From an uncultured virus (IMG/VR IMGVR_UViG_3300037010_001713) (Duplodnaviria > Heunggongvirae > Uroviricota > Caudoviricetes), in the IMG/VR virus record IMGVR_UViG_3300037010_001713: DNA of 20,000 bases; one strand, given 5' to 3'. The position numbers were made by a program, and so were the translations under genes. The notes beneath the pieces were generated by a model that saw only the letters and a list, made by a program, of their open reading frames with translations, ran no database searches and was not told the DNA's origin. Below, in pieces: positions 7,601 through 17,185 of the stretch. Each line of letters starts with the position of its first letter. The first letter of the stretch is position 1.

Positions 7601-10352
7601 AGTTCCTACGGATGATCATAATCTACTGATCAAGGGAACCAGGTACATCGATAAGAAAGCTGCTGGTGCTACTATGACTGGGCTTGGGCTACTTGGAAAA
7701 CTTGGTTCTAAAGCGGCTTTAAAAGTTGGTGAAAAAGCAGCTACGGCTGTACCGAATTTAGTTGCTGGCACAGCTAAGTCAGCTGGTCTTGGTTTATTTG
7801 ACAAAACTATAGGTAGATCTGATAAAATGATGTCTATGCTAGGGCTAACACATGAGGATGTCGAAAAGCGAGCTGATGGTGTTGTTGGTGGGTTGATGAA
7901 CTCATTCACAGAGTCACTTGAAGAGCATCGTAGGAAAAGCGAGCATGGAATAATAATTAAATCAACTAGAGCCATTGATAAAATGTTAGCGAGCGCATTA
8001 ATGAACGTTGCGGGTTTTGCTATTAAGTCTACTTTTAAATTAGGTAAAATGGCTATAACTGGAGCCATGAAGACCGCTTGGTGGGGCATTAAGAAAATAC
8101 CTATTATAGGTAGCATAGCAAGCGGAGCTGAATACGTAGCCAAAGGTCTACATAATAAATATGCTGACGTTAAAGAATCGGTTAGTGGCAGGTTTACTAC
8201 ATTTAAAGATGGTCTTAAGAAGAAATACACTAAGGACGGTGGAGAAACTGATACCAGCAGTAAGGGTAATCTCTTCAGTAGAGTCTCGAACTTAATGACA
8301 GGTAAAAAACCTGATACTAAAAGTGAGGATCATAAAGAACCTGATGTTAAAAGTAAAGGTGGTCTCTTCGGTGGACTAGCAAACTTATTAGGGAGTAAAA
8401 AATCGGGTCCTGGAGATGAAGACGGAGATGGAAAACGCGACGGTAGTTGGGAGGAGAATATTGGTAAGAAAGATGGTCTACGTGAATCATTCCTTAGTAA
8501 AGTTAAAGATAAGGTAGCTGGAGACGGAGAGAATTCTATTTTTGGTATGTTGAAAAAGTTTTTACCATTTGTTGGTGTAATACTTGGAAAAGTCTGGAAA
8601 AGCATAACAGGATTACCTAAAGCGTTAATTGGTCTATTCGGTAAACTTGGCAGTGTTGGAGCTAAGATAGCTGAGTTCGGTGGTAAGGTTGGTGCCGGAA
8701 TTGTCGGTGCTGGGAAAGCCGTCTTATCTGGGGCTGGTAAGCTCGTTAGTAAAATAACACCAGCTAAACTAAAGGCTGCTTTTTCTATTTTGAAAAAACG
8801 AATAGGTGTGAAGTTCGCTGAAAAAGAAGCTGCTAGAGCTGTAGAAAAGAAACTAGCTACTAAGTTAGCTAGCCGACTGATCCCAGCTGCTGGTGAGGCT
8901 CTATTAGCGTACGACGCAGTCTCGATAGGAGAGTTGATGTATGATGGTCATAGTTTTCTGTCATCGGTTTCTCTTTTTTACCTTGATACTGATGTCTTTA
9001 CGGATGACTCTCATAGCAGTCCAGTCAAACCAGCTAATAACCCAATTACAAATAAACCCGAGCAAAAGAAACCTGGCGAGCAAAAGACTCCGCCTGTACC
9101 GAACAATCAACCAGTTCAGAATAATGTTACAGCTAGCAACCAAGGAGATCGTTTTAAAAATAGCGGTCCACTCTCCACTATAAAAGATGTAGTTGAGAGA
9201 GGCTACGATTATCTTAGCGGTGGTAGCGGACAAACCAACTCCGAAATAGTGAATGCTGGTAAAACGAAAGCTTATGCTAGTAAAAGCACTATACTAGAGA
9301 CAATCGCTCAAGGTGCTGGTAAAGCTGGTATACCAGAGTATGGTAACGACCTAAAAGTGATGGCAGCTATTGAGTCTACTCTTAACCCGAATGCTAATGT
9401 AAACGGAAAACCAAAATTAGCTAGGGGGTTATTTCAATTTTTAGACAGCACTTGGAGCGAAACTGTGAGGTCTCAAGAGGGCTTAGCTGCTGGTCTGAAC
9501 CCCAACTCCAGCGTGGGTGATCCAGTTGCTTCTTCTATAGCTGGTGCCGTTTACACGAAAAAGAATATAAATATGTTTAAGCGTAATGGTATTAATCCAA
9601 CTATGACACATATTTATGCTGCACATTTTCTAGGACCTGGTGCTGCTTTAGCTTTATTTCGAGCTTCACCGGATGCACCAATTACTAGCATCAAAGGCAT
9701 TGGTCCACAGCAGATAAAAAATAATCTAAAGATGATTTATTTTAAGGGTCCAAACACGACGGTTGGCGACGCGATAGCTAAAATAAATCAAAGAATAGCT
9801 GAAGAGGCGACCGCTCTCGGTATAAAGGTTCCTGTGGCTGGACCAACATTACAGGGTGGTATAAATCAGTTTACCTCAAAACAAACTGCTGTACAGCCAG
9901 CTAATAGAGTTAATCCAACAGGACCCTCTGGTAATCCAACAACGCTAGCTGATAACAAAAAAACAACCGATGATCCAGTTTCTAAAATACCTAATTCGGA
10001 TCAACCATATAAGGGCGGTACTGGGTCGACTGCGATTAATAAAACGACAGTAAATCGAGCACCAGCTTCGGCTAGTCTGTCGTCTCAAACTAACACTAAT
10101 TATTCCGTGTCTAAAGATGTTATAACACCACAGACAGATATTATGGTATCTGTATTAAGAGAGTCTTTGAATATACATAAAGCTAACTTAGAAGTTAGTA
10201 GAGCTATACTAAAAGCTTTAGGTGGAATGACATTAGCGCAGAATAATGTAGTGGATAATAAGAAAGAGAGCGACACATCGTATGATTTACCTAAAATAAA
10301 GAATACATTGCCGACGCCAGCAATATCTCTAACAAGACGACAGTTCATGTAG
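4614..10352 (+). CDS. Large tail/tape-measure-like virion protein with C-terminal lytic transglycosylase (phiKZ gp181-like)
   Basis: 1912 aa from ATG 4614 (AAGGAGT RBS at 4603-4609). Long helical A/G/K-rich body; tape-measure-type motif FAKGGYTG...AGIAHKDEFVI; SLT motifs MAAIESTLNPNA (putative catalytic Glu at nt 9372-9374), ARGLFQFLDSTW, YAAHFLGPG. Confidence 0.88.
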   Translation: MNMDEFEEEDYEEDFLDDEPKQKSSGVVSDFLTGLKESLLGDVRDTVKTVVGSVIPYDIRDEIDGYTELFTAAQEEIEASLLEFRSKTSNSLKQLDGLLPEKLDTVINDVQKKIKVEASEDYSYSSSSSSRSPNDTIAEDVANALSATMSTTTAITENAENNRFRFTSGLIKSSNTELTKLYHFQTTVAYSYYKKSLELQYQSLYLSRNQYTLLEKSMESVLGKLNTIAVSSAMTDRDKTELQLKKELISVRKNIFNTAIDLDKFRKNIKDNLKKNIGTYADKLNDFTSGLSSFLPMIMNGPGGVMGTAGGIAGDMLKGYAGEKIYGYLKNSKISKETVNKIKLAGGDIAGTLSRYGRKNDTILGKGAGFLSDMIGKNNVDNTVIKKEDISAPAIYDNKTRTTIIDVIPGLLTKIYTVLEQNGGGVGRGGNGGGSGPSGSNNKNGLLTKNSDDVVYDYKTDKFITRETSENEAKRQLGKELFDEPSKYVDAVIELFVAYGGLEMSDVDGDLLRSSILIYAASAKEFLPEDLGKTEITKGLPRDLASKVTAAGKKLLAKAVDDTDILDRAFTVIKRLRESFKHPTEAVSKALRSGTGILDKYKALNKKDMRDKSGNFKRNLTNTDTKELFEEILGKGPLSAVASIKPYAKGNSLRTGPLGNESNINPEDIPTDYSNMTYRERFGAMYNNARKATSEVGNEIADTIPVGLKDSKYAEKAAKGYRKVKGTASSIGSNIKEKYNETNLSDLVDKNITEAKNSKLFKKATDLTNHVLDSKNVKEALGLPDIKKIKGFIEKVKEIYSKENKITKEEAAEKVLLLANKIGLTVLSDEELKSLTLEYKKSNLKGMLSLDLYLLSKGRIRNKESITKKVLSGFDKYESVKTVFNKAYSNAVNKITDFKNETVKNNPKVGSFLKLFDKKDPVPEQPSDELPKFAKGGYTGSKTKGKGKSKKKRFIDKTGEEVAGIAHKDEFVINSADLKRPDVAAAINSLDLTSGKVPTDDHNLLIKGTRYIDKKAAGATMTGLGLLGKLGSKAALKVGEKAATAVPNLVAGTAKSAGLGLFDKTIGRSDKMMSMLGLTHEDVEKRADGVVGGLMNSFTESLEEHRRKSEHGIIIKSTRAIDKMLASALMNVAGFAIKSTFKLGKMAITGAMKTAWWGIKKIPIIGSIASGAEYVAKGLHNKYADVKESVSGRFTTFKDGLKKKYTKDGGETDTSSKGNLFSRVSNLMTGKKPDTKSEDHKEPDVKSKGGLFGGLANLLGSKKSGPGDEDGDGKRDGSWEENIGKKDGLRESFLSKVKDKVAGDGENSIFGMLKKFLPFVGVILGKVWKSITGLPKALIGLFGKLGSVGAKIAEFGGKVGAGIVGAGKAVLSGAGKLVSKITPAKLKAAFSILKKRIGVKFAEKEAARAVEKKLATKLASRLIPAAGEALLAYDAVSIGELMYDGHSFLSSVSLFYLDTDVFTDDSHSSPVKPANNPITNKPEQKKPGEQKTPPVPNNQPVQNNVTASNQGDRFKNSGPLSTIKDVVERGYDYLSGGSGQTNSEIVNAGKTKAYASKSTILETIAQGAGKAGIPEYGNDLKVMAAIESTLNPNANVNGKPKLARGLFQFLDSTWSETVRSQEGLAAGLNPNSSVGDPVASSIAGAVYTKKNINMFKRNGINPTMTHIYAAHFLGPGAALALFRASPDAPITSIKGIGPQQIKNNLKMIYFKGPNTTVGDAIAKINQRIAEEATALGIKVPVAGPTLQGGINQFTSKQTAVQPANRVNPTGPSGNPTTLADNKKTTDDPVSKIPNSDQPYKGGTGSTAINKTTVNRAPASASLSSQTNTNYSVSKDVITPQTDIMVSVLRESLNIHKANLEVSRAILKALGGMTLAQNNVVDNKKESDTSYDLPKIKNTLPTPAISLTRRQFM

Positions 10353-10374
10353 CATATGCTACATGAACTGTCGT
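10337..10374. repeat. Perfect 38 bp palindrome overlapping the 3' end of the large tail gene; possible terminator or processing site
   Basis: ACGACAGTTCATGTAGCAT|ATGCTACATGAACTGTCGT; contains the TAG stop at 10350-10352. Confidence 0.9.
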
Positions 10375-10435
10375 AGTATACTGATGTTGTTATGATTATA
10401 TAAGATAATTATGTTATATAAATATAAGGTAAGAG

Positions 10436-11614
10436 GTGAAAATGGAAAGTAAGATTATAACTCTCGTTGAACAGGATCAACTCAGAAATGATCTGGTTTT
10501 TAACGAAAAAGAGACTAGTCGTAATGATAGGGACTTTGGTTTAAACGATACACATATGTATTGTTTCTCAACTATAAAAAACACGCACGTTATTGACCGA
10601 TCTGGCTACATCTCGCCGGTTAGGTTAAAAGACTCTCTATCTAAGGTCGACCTAGGAATACCGTCAAAAAAATATGTAAATAAAAGAGGCGTCTTCATAG
10701 TTAGTTATCGAGTATTGCGCGGAATGAACACAGAGAATATCAATCTGTACTGTGAACTATATGAGGCTATGATCAGTGCTTCACCGGCTGATGAGCTATT
10801 ACTATATTTCAGAGACAGATTAAAAGGTTTACGCGACGGTATTGAGTCCAATAATAATGATGTTCGGAGAGAGTCTTTACATAAACTAAGAGACGGTATC
10901 GAGGGTCGTCGAATAACATTCATACCAGATAGCTGTTTTCTTGAGAATGACTATGTTTATATTAGAGCTCACGATATATACATAATAAGGGCTGCCGATG
11001 CTGTGTTGAATAGCAGCCTTGTGATGAATGTCTTAAAAGAAACCACTGTCACGAATACAAATCATATTGAAGTAACTGTGGTGGACAGCTCTAATGACAG
11101 TGTCTACTACACAAACATAGGAGGGGTCGTAGTAAACATTCAAACCGATTTCGATCCGACCAAAGAAAGTTATGTTGATATAATCCATAATAGTGGTGGT
11201 ATAGAGCGTTATCGTCGGAGCTATAGCTTAGACGAGGCTCTTGAACAAGGCTTTATCGGTAGAACCCCAGCTGATGTTAAGAAAACATTGTCACATGAGT
11301 CTATAGTGACTAAAGCTAAAAACGAATTAGAATTAGCTAAAATCGAATTAGGTCATTCCGACATCAAATACAAAAAGGAGAAAAATAAGACCGATCTAAA
11401 GTTACTACTGTTAAAACAGAAAACCGAAATCTTAAAACATCTTAATGGTATAGAGACAGGTAAATTAGCTCTGGATATATCTAAACAAGATATGATTTCT
11501 AAGGTAGCTGTTAGTAAGATGAAAATCGAAGAGATGCATCAAAAAATAACTAAAGACAAAGAGTCTCACGTTATCGATATGCTAGCTAAGGGTGTGAAGA
11601 AATTTGTTGGTTAA
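10436..11614 (+). CDS. Hypothetical protein with C-terminal coiled coil (positional analogue of phiKZ gp122)
   Basis: 392 aa ORF (GTG 10436 or ATG 10442); K/E/L-rich helical C-terminal ~100 aa; directly upstream of the gp123-like RNAP gene. Confidence 0.7.
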   Translation: MKMESKIITLVEQDQLRNDLVFNEKETSRNDRDFGLNDTHMYCFSTIKNTHVIDRSGYISPVRLKDSLSKVDLGIPSKKYVNKRGVFIVSYRVLRGMNTENINLYCELYEAMISASPADELLLYFRDRLKGLRDGIESNNNDVRRESLHKLRDGIEGRRITFIPDSCFLENDYVYIRAHDIYIIRAADAVLNSSLVMNVLKETTVTNTNHIEVTVVDSSNDSVYYTNIGGVVVNIQTDFDPTKESYVDIIHNSGGIERYRRSYSLDEALEQGFIGRTPADVKKTLSHESIVTKAKNELELAKIELGHSDIKYKKEKNKTDLKLLLLKQKTEILKHLNGIETGKLALDISKQDMISKVAVSKMKIEEMHQKITKDKESHVIDMLAKGVKKFVG

Positions 11615-11634
11615 AAAATGAATCAAGGAGTCAC

Positions 11635-13347
11635 ATGGATAGATTTTTTATGACAGCTATACGTAAAAGTGTACCCGAGTTTAGCGGTACTTTCACAGGG
11701 AGTTACGTCTCCGATGAACTATCAAAGATACCCGATTTTATAAGTCGTTATCTGATATCGTCGCTAACCACACTACCAGATAGTCTAGGTTTAAAGTATA
11801 TTGGTTATAGGAAACGAACACCCGAAGAAAATTTGTTTAAGATCGCTAACAGTAAATCAAAAATAGTATATGATTTAGCTCGTAGTGACTTATATACTTG
11901 CGACTTGATGTTTACGTATAATGGGTCTAACATTAACGTACCGATTAAGCTACCTTATGTCAGAAAAACTAACATAGTTAATCTAAGCGGTAACTTATAC
12001 GCAATCAACCCAGTCTACACCGATAACGTGGTGACTGTCAACTACAAAGATATCTTTGTTAGATTAGATGTGGATAAACCCACATTCCGTGGCTTTCCAA
12101 GGAACATATTACTTAACGGATCACTTGTGTTAGGTACCGTTGTATATGTCAATGCACTAAAGGTACCGGTTACAGACAATCCCTTTAAGCTCCAGAGTAA
12201 AGGTCCTATTTCTAAAGCTATAGCTCCAGCCTATGTTTATATGTTTATCCGTTATGGGTTCAGGGAAGCTCTAAAAATGTCTTTCGGTATTGATGTAGAT
12301 GTTCATGTAGGTAATGTCTTTGTCGACGAGAACTATCATATATTCAGATCGTCGACAAATGTTCCAAGTGGAGTCCGTAAAGAAAATTACACAGCCCCTA
12401 ATCTGTTTTTCACAGTGAAAAAAGATAGTGTCACTATAGACTCTTCCATCATAGATGTTATGAGTTCGCTTATCTACGTGTTTGATATATTTTCTAATAG
12501 CTATGACGAGTTCGTCGAGTTAGTTAATACTAATAATGTCGACGATGAGAAGTATTATTGGAAGATATTGTTTGTTAGAATGACTTTTAGAGATTCATTG
12601 CGAATTGAAACTCTAATTGGATACATAAACAAACATTTAGCCGTATTAGAACACTACATAAATCCAATGCTGGCTGAAAGACTCCGTTTCGCTGGTTTAA
12701 TGATTTCAGATTTCTATCAACTAGTGGAGTATTGTTGCGTCAATTTTAGTAAGCTAACTTTAGCGCGAAGAACAACATTGGCTGATAATTCATCGAAGTA
12801 TCTCGATATAAACTACTATCTAACATACACGACGTTCATAAGACCTATAAATCAGGTTATAAGTACGTTACTGAAACGGGTAGATAAAAGGAATCTATCG
12901 AGTAAGATGAGTGTGGGAGAGGTCACAAACATTATTACAAGCACTATAAAAGCGGGTAATATTTTTAAGATTTACACCGAAACAAATCTAACACTTATGC
13001 TGGTTGACTATACTGGCGATAATAAGGTTATGAAAGTTACACAAAACGCTGAATTTCAGACCAGGGGTGTCGGAGGTGTTCTTAAGACTAAACCAGGTAA
13101 GAAAGCCGATCCGTTTCCAGTGGAGATAAGATCGGCTAGGGGGGTAGATATTATAGCTGGTAATATTTATAAGCTTAAAGCTAAATCACCATCAGCTTTA
13201 TTATCGCTTAATACCTATGCAAAAATTAATGGGTCCGGTAATATAATCATACCCGATGATCAAAAGGAAACAGTCGATTACTTAGATAAACTTTTAAGTG
13301 GTCATATAGATGAAGTCATAACATATGACGACGAAACCAATGAATAG
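11635..13347 (+). CDS. Phage multisubunit RNA polymerase beta subunit, N-terminal part (phiKZ gp123-like, non-virion RNAP)
   Basis: 570 aa, AAGGAGT RBS. GLKYIGY...PEE...YDLARSDLY...F.YNG...LPYVRKTNIVNLSGNLYAINPVYTD matches the recalled gp123-family pattern and is analogous to the N-terminal beta motif (IPLMT..GTFIING.ERV). No C-terminal beta motifs, as expected for a split subunit. Confidence 0.8.
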   Translation: MDRFFMTAIRKSVPEFSGTFTGSYVSDELSKIPDFISRYLISSLTTLPDSLGLKYIGYRKRTPEENLFKIANSKSKIVYDLARSDLYTCDLMFTYNGSNINVPIKLPYVRKTNIVNLSGNLYAINPVYTDNVVTVNYKDIFVRLDVDKPTFRGFPRNILLNGSLVLGTVVYVNALKVPVTDNPFKLQSKGPISKAIAPAYVYMFIRYGFREALKMSFGIDVDVHVGNVFVDENYHIFRSSTNVPSGVRKENYTAPNLFFTVKKDSVTIDSSIIDVMSSLIYVFDIFSNSYDEFVELVNTNNVDDEKYYWKILFVRMTFRDSLRIETLIGYINKHLAVLEHYINPMLAERLRFAGLMISDFYQLVEYCCVNFSKLTLARRTTLADNSSKYLDINYYLTYTTFIRPINQVISTLLKRVDKRNLSSKMSVGEVTNIITSTIKAGNIFKIYTETNLTLMLVDYTGDNKVMKVTQNAEFQTRGVGGVLKTKPGKKADPFPVEIRSARGVDIIAGNIYKLKAKSPSALLSLNTYAKINGSGNIIIPDDQKETVDYLDKLLSGHIDEVITYDDETNE

Positions 13348-13356
13348 GACAAAAAA

Positions 13357-14679
13357 ATGAAGATCGAAAACATGAGTGACAGCCAAAAGGCTGAATATCT
13401 AAATAGATTAAAAAGTGAGCGACGGACCATTATTGATCGCATAGAGAATGATCAAGATTATCTGGATTCGCCAGAAGGGAGACGTTTACCGCAGAGGGAC
13501 TATGAAGATATTATCTCTGGTATAGACGGGGATCGCCGAGACTTAGTCTCTATTGAAGAAGCTATTATGTATATCACGGACTACTTTAATAGTGTTGTGA
13601 GACGTGAACATAATAGACCTATAGTAGAGAATTCCCGTCAACCGTATAGAAATGGTTCGTATGGTCGCTCTACATCGAGGATGGGCGCATCGCTAACTAA
13701 TACATCATCCCTACCAGGGCGTACTAGAGGGGTCGACCAACAAGATAGGATCGATAGACCCAAACCAGACCGCAGTTTTATGGACAAGTTCGATAAAGTT
13801 AGCGTTACAGATACCGTCGTTAAGAAACTTCCGTATTTTCCATTAACTGATCGGGATGTTACGGTTACTATTAATAACTCGGAGTACGTGTACACTCCGA
13901 GTAAAGTAGCTAAGATTCCGCTGGGTAAACTGGTTAAGACACCAGTCAGTGTTGATGAACTCTCCGCTGATGTTGTAAACCATGTTATGCTGGTTAACAC
14001 TGTAAAAGTATCTACAGTGCGAAGCAATCCTGAGCTAGTCACGTTCATGGACAATATAACAGATGACGATATGGACCTTGAGAAAAGGTTTGAGCTAATA
14101 AACTCAGCGTTAAAGATGGATAAAAGTTTAGCAGGCACTCTAGCTACATTCTTAGCTAGAGTTGTGAAGAGAAACGCAATATTCGACGAAGGTATGTGGG
14201 TCTACAACAACCTAGAACAGCCACCGTTCACAGGGTTGATTAGTGCTATGAGAGGTACAAAGGAATCTCCTGGTATCTTTGCCACCGTGGCAACAGAACA
14301 GGACAAATCTTTGCGTAGCGACAAACTCCGACTCATAGCTAACATAAGTAAGAGACTAAAGGGTCTATCTTACTCTATAGTTGACCAAGAGCTGCGGCTA
14401 TCTGATCAAAGACACATCTTCTGTATAGGGGGCTTCTCCGAGTTGATGACGACCCGAGGTGATTATGATGGACATCAGATATGTTCGCTAGTATTAGAGA
14501 ACTATCCTGAGATGTACTCATTGTTTGATAATATATCTCAGTACGTTTTAGAGTTAGCTTTCCAGGACGGAGCTAAGGATTACTCTAAACTATTCTGGAT
14601 CGTAGATACAATCGATCCACATGGTAGGAAGTGGAAGATTACGACACTACCTGGTCAATATTTAGTATCAGTAGAGTAA
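13357..14679 (+). CDS. Hypothetical protein (acidic helical N-terminus, R/S-rich linker, globular C-terminus)
   Basis: 440 aa ORF with AGGA RBS, 9 nt after the RNAP gene; no family recognised. Confidence 0.8.
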   Translation: MKIENMSDSQKAEYLNRLKSERRTIIDRIENDQDYLDSPEGRRLPQRDYEDIISGIDGDRRDLVSIEEAIMYITDYFNSVVRREHNRPIVENSRQPYRNGSYGRSTSRMGASLTNTSSLPGRTRGVDQQDRIDRPKPDRSFMDKFDKVSVTDTVVKKLPYFPLTDRDVTVTINNSEYVYTPSKVAKIPLGKLVKTPVSVDELSADVVNHVMLVNTVKVSTVRSNPELVTFMDNITDDDMDLEKRFELINSALKMDKSLAGTLATFLARVVKRNAIFDEGMWVYNNLEQPPFTGLISAMRGTKESPGIFATVATEQDKSLRSDKLRLIANISKRLKGLSYSIVDQELRLSDQRHIFCIGGFSELMTTRGDYDGHQICSLVLENYPEMYSLFDNISQYVLELAFQDGAKDYSKLFWIVDTIDPHGRKWKITTLPGQYLVSVE

Positions 14680-14690
14680 GGAGTTCGCAA

Positions 14691-15299
14691 ATGGCAACTA
14701 CAAATAGGGATGTTAATACAGAAGGACCGATATCAGCTATCAGTCCCTTCGATACTGTTGTGCTAGCAGGCACTAGTTATACAATCGTAGATCGAACACC
14801 CATAAGCGAAGCTATTAATAAGGGTATAGATGTTTACACTAGCATCTATACTAAGAATGGACTCACCGTAGACGAGTACGCTAAAGACTATGCTACCAAT
14901 GTCGTAATAGTAACACTTAGAGATAGATTGGATAATGTTGTTTATATACCAGACAACTACATAACCTCGATCGATGGTACTTGTACTATGTTTTCAGATT
15001 ATGTGATAGGTATCCCATTGGGTACGCTACCTGATGGTTACGATTTATCTGGTCTTATGACGGCCTTGAAAGAAGACATTAAGACATATTTAGGCGTTGA
15101 TGTGACTATTGATGGTTCGTGCCTAATTAAGTCATCGGTCAGTGTACCGTACGACCAAATAACCGCTAGCGCCATGATTAATGGTTTAACACCAAATAGT
15201 CCAGCTTCTAAATCGTGTCGGACTAAGCTATTAGAGTGTGGTGAACGAGTGATCGAACTACAGGGGATTCTTAAAAAAATAGAATGCAAAAATAACTAA
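14691..15299 (+). CDS. Probable virion structural protein conserved in phiKZ-like phages
   Basis: 202 aa from ATG 14691 (AAGGAGT RBS overlapping the previous stop). Pattern SPF...Y...R...GIDVY..IY...GL...Y..D...IVTL...VYIPDNYI...LG.LP..DL resembles a recalled phiKZ-like structural protein found downstream of gp123. Confidence 0.6.
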   Translation: MATTNRDVNTEGPISAISPFDTVVLAGTSYTIVDRTPISEAINKGIDVYTSIYTKNGLTVDEYAKDYATNVVIVTLRDRLDNVVYIPDNYITSIDGTCTMFSDYVIGIPLGTLPDGYDLSGLMTALKEDIKTYLGVDVTIDGSCLIKSSVSVPYDQITASAMINGLTPNSPASKSCRTKLLECGERVIELQGILKKIECKNN

Positions 15300-15310
15300 G
15301 GAGCGAAGAA

Positions 15311-17185
15311 ATGACCATAAGTAAATATGCGACATCGGTCGTTGAAAATATGATCGCTGGTCTAAGCAGCAAAAATTTTAAGTATAGTGACGTACCCGAA
15401 ACCATTGTTAATGGTTCGGGTATATATCTATTAAACGAGAAAGTGCTTGTAGCACTCGATAGATCTATCAATCTATTTTTGAATAAAAGCAATATAGATG
15501 ATTTGACGATCTCTTTCGATAGCTTCACATGGACCACCACTAATGGTGACGGGGTAATTATAACAGATAGTAGTGACGATCTATTGCGCTCGCCTGAGAG
15601 CAATGGTACTGATGTCGAATTGGATATTTTATCGAGCTATGTCGCGTGGCTGACAGTCTATTGTTTATCTAAGCCCGCTAATATCAAGTGGACTGTCGAG
15701 TTAGCTGTTAAAGCCCTGTACTTTAAAAATCTAGTTCAGAAATGCGAACTGAATGGAGCTGAACAACTAATCAGTCGTATTGACAGATGGGTCGATTATC
15801 TAAACCATTTAATGTGTAAACAGGGTTATAGTGTTAGCGAACTGTCGTTGTTTTGCAGTTCAATCTTTAAGTTATCTAGTAGAAGCTATGCAGCTAAGTT
15901 AGTTGGACGGGAGGCGGTCGAAGAGGTGCTGTGCGGTATCTTTGGAACAACACAATCAACTGTGCTATTTAACTATACATATAAAGTTACTGATGCGACA
16001 GCTATTAGACGTATTAATGATCTTAATGAAATCGCTAACCGTAACGTAGATAATTTAGTTACAGCTTTTTTAGCGGATCCTTGTTTTCCAGAAACACGGG
16101 ACGAGAAAAACATTGTCGGTCTAGGCTTCCTCGATATAGCCATAAGAAACATTATTATTGGGGGTCAACAGTCCGCAACTAATTATGACTTAGACTATAG
16201 TAAAATAGAAAAAAAATTATTGGCGGCTGATGCGGAGATAGGTCGAGTGTGGGGTAGATACGAGCGAACGATAAAAAATCCAGCGGTTCTAAATGGACAT
16301 CTTTCGTATGTACGAAAGATGTATTATTCCACTAATATAATGTTAGGGGTGGCGAATGAAACAACCGATCCGTATTTAACATTTCTGTGTGTGTATGGTT
16401 TTGTAGAAAATCTAATTACCAACCATAAGTTAGAGAAAATTACAAAACTAACCCCTAGGGTGAATAAACATATCATACGGGATGTTATGATCGCGATTCG
16501 GGATAATTATGACATCTCCAATACTGACCGAACAGGGGTCTCTGATATGATCGGTGAGTATATGAAAAACGTATATACACAACACAAACATGATAAAGCA
16601 GATATTGACTTGTTGATAGATTATATCGTAGAATCTAAGCTATATGTCGGTGCTAGCATTTATCAAAACTACACACCAGATAACAGTAATGCTGGTTCCG
16701 GAAAGACCGATATCAATCGAGTGATTGTTATTATGTATCTGATGTCTCTGTATGGTTTTAAATGTGGAGTCCAAACAGTGTTAGACATAGAGGGTAATAT
16801 ACCTGGTTACGAGGACTGTAAAATAGGTCGTTTGACACTTGAAGAATGTGCCTATGAGATTTTTAATAGAGTGAATCGTCTCAACGAAATTTATGAACAC
16901 ATACCAAGTATCGAGACTGTCATGCTACTCCTATTAGCTTTTAATGTCGATCGTGGTCTTTTAAATACTAAATATTATAGACCGATTACCGAGTGTCCGT
17001 CTAGTCCCGAAGAAGAAACTAAACCGGGTTACTTAGATTATCTCGCCAAATATGTCGATATATTCTATCAGGTAGTTAGCGAAGACTCTAGAATAGACCC
17101 AAAAATGTTTATGGCTAAAGTGTCTAGAGTCAGGGTAAGCTGCAAACGAATTATATCAGAAGGGACAACGTACCTAACACTATAA
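15311..17185 (+). CDS. Hypothetical protein, 624 aa, probably mostly alpha-helical
   Basis: Long ORF with AAGGAG RBS overlapping the previous stop; no motif recognised. Confidence 0.8.
   Translation: MTISKYATSVVENMIAGLSSKNFKYSDVPETIVNGSGIYLLNEKVLVALDRSINLFLNKSNIDDLTISFDSFTWTTTNGDGVIITDSSDDLLRSPESNGTDVELDILSSYVAWLTVYCLSKPANIKWTVELAVKALYFKNLVQKCELNGAEQLISRIDRWVDYLNHLMCKQGYSVSELSLFCSSIFKLSSRSYAAKLVGREAVEEVLCGIFGTTQSTVLFNYTYKVTDATAIRRINDLNEIANRNVDNLVTAFLADPCFPETRDEKNIVGLGFLDIAIRNIIIGGQQSATNYDLDYSKIEKKLLAADAEIGRVWGRYERTIKNPAVLNGHLSYVRKMYYSTNIMLGVANETTDPYLTFLCVYGFVENLITNHKLEKITKLTPRVNKHIIRDVMIAIRDNYDISNTDRTGVSDMIGEYMKNVYTQHKHDKADIDLLIDYIVESKLYVGASIYQNYTPDNSNAGSGKTDINRVIVIMYLMSLYGFKCGVQTVLDIEGNIPGYEDCKIGRLTLEECAYEIFNRVNRLNEIYEHIPSIETVMLLLLAFNVDRGLLNTKYYRPITECPSSPEEETKPGYLDYLAKYVDIFYQVVSEDSRIDPKMFMAKVSRVRVSCKRIISEGTTYLTL

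Noticed and set aside
5216..10348. Many antisense or alternate-frame ORFs inside the large tail gene, and similar ones inside other genes
   Set aside because: They lie within long well-supported genes, show no recognisable motifs, and have the S/L/F-rich composition expected of antisense shadows.
10337..10374. Protelomerase (telRL-like) target site
   Set aside because: No protelomerase gene is visible in the window, and several gene-end palindromes fit transcriptional punctuation better.
10375..10435. TATG-containing AT-rich spacer as a phiKZ-type late promoter
   Set aside because: A 4 nt motif in very AT-rich DNA is uninformative without TSS data.
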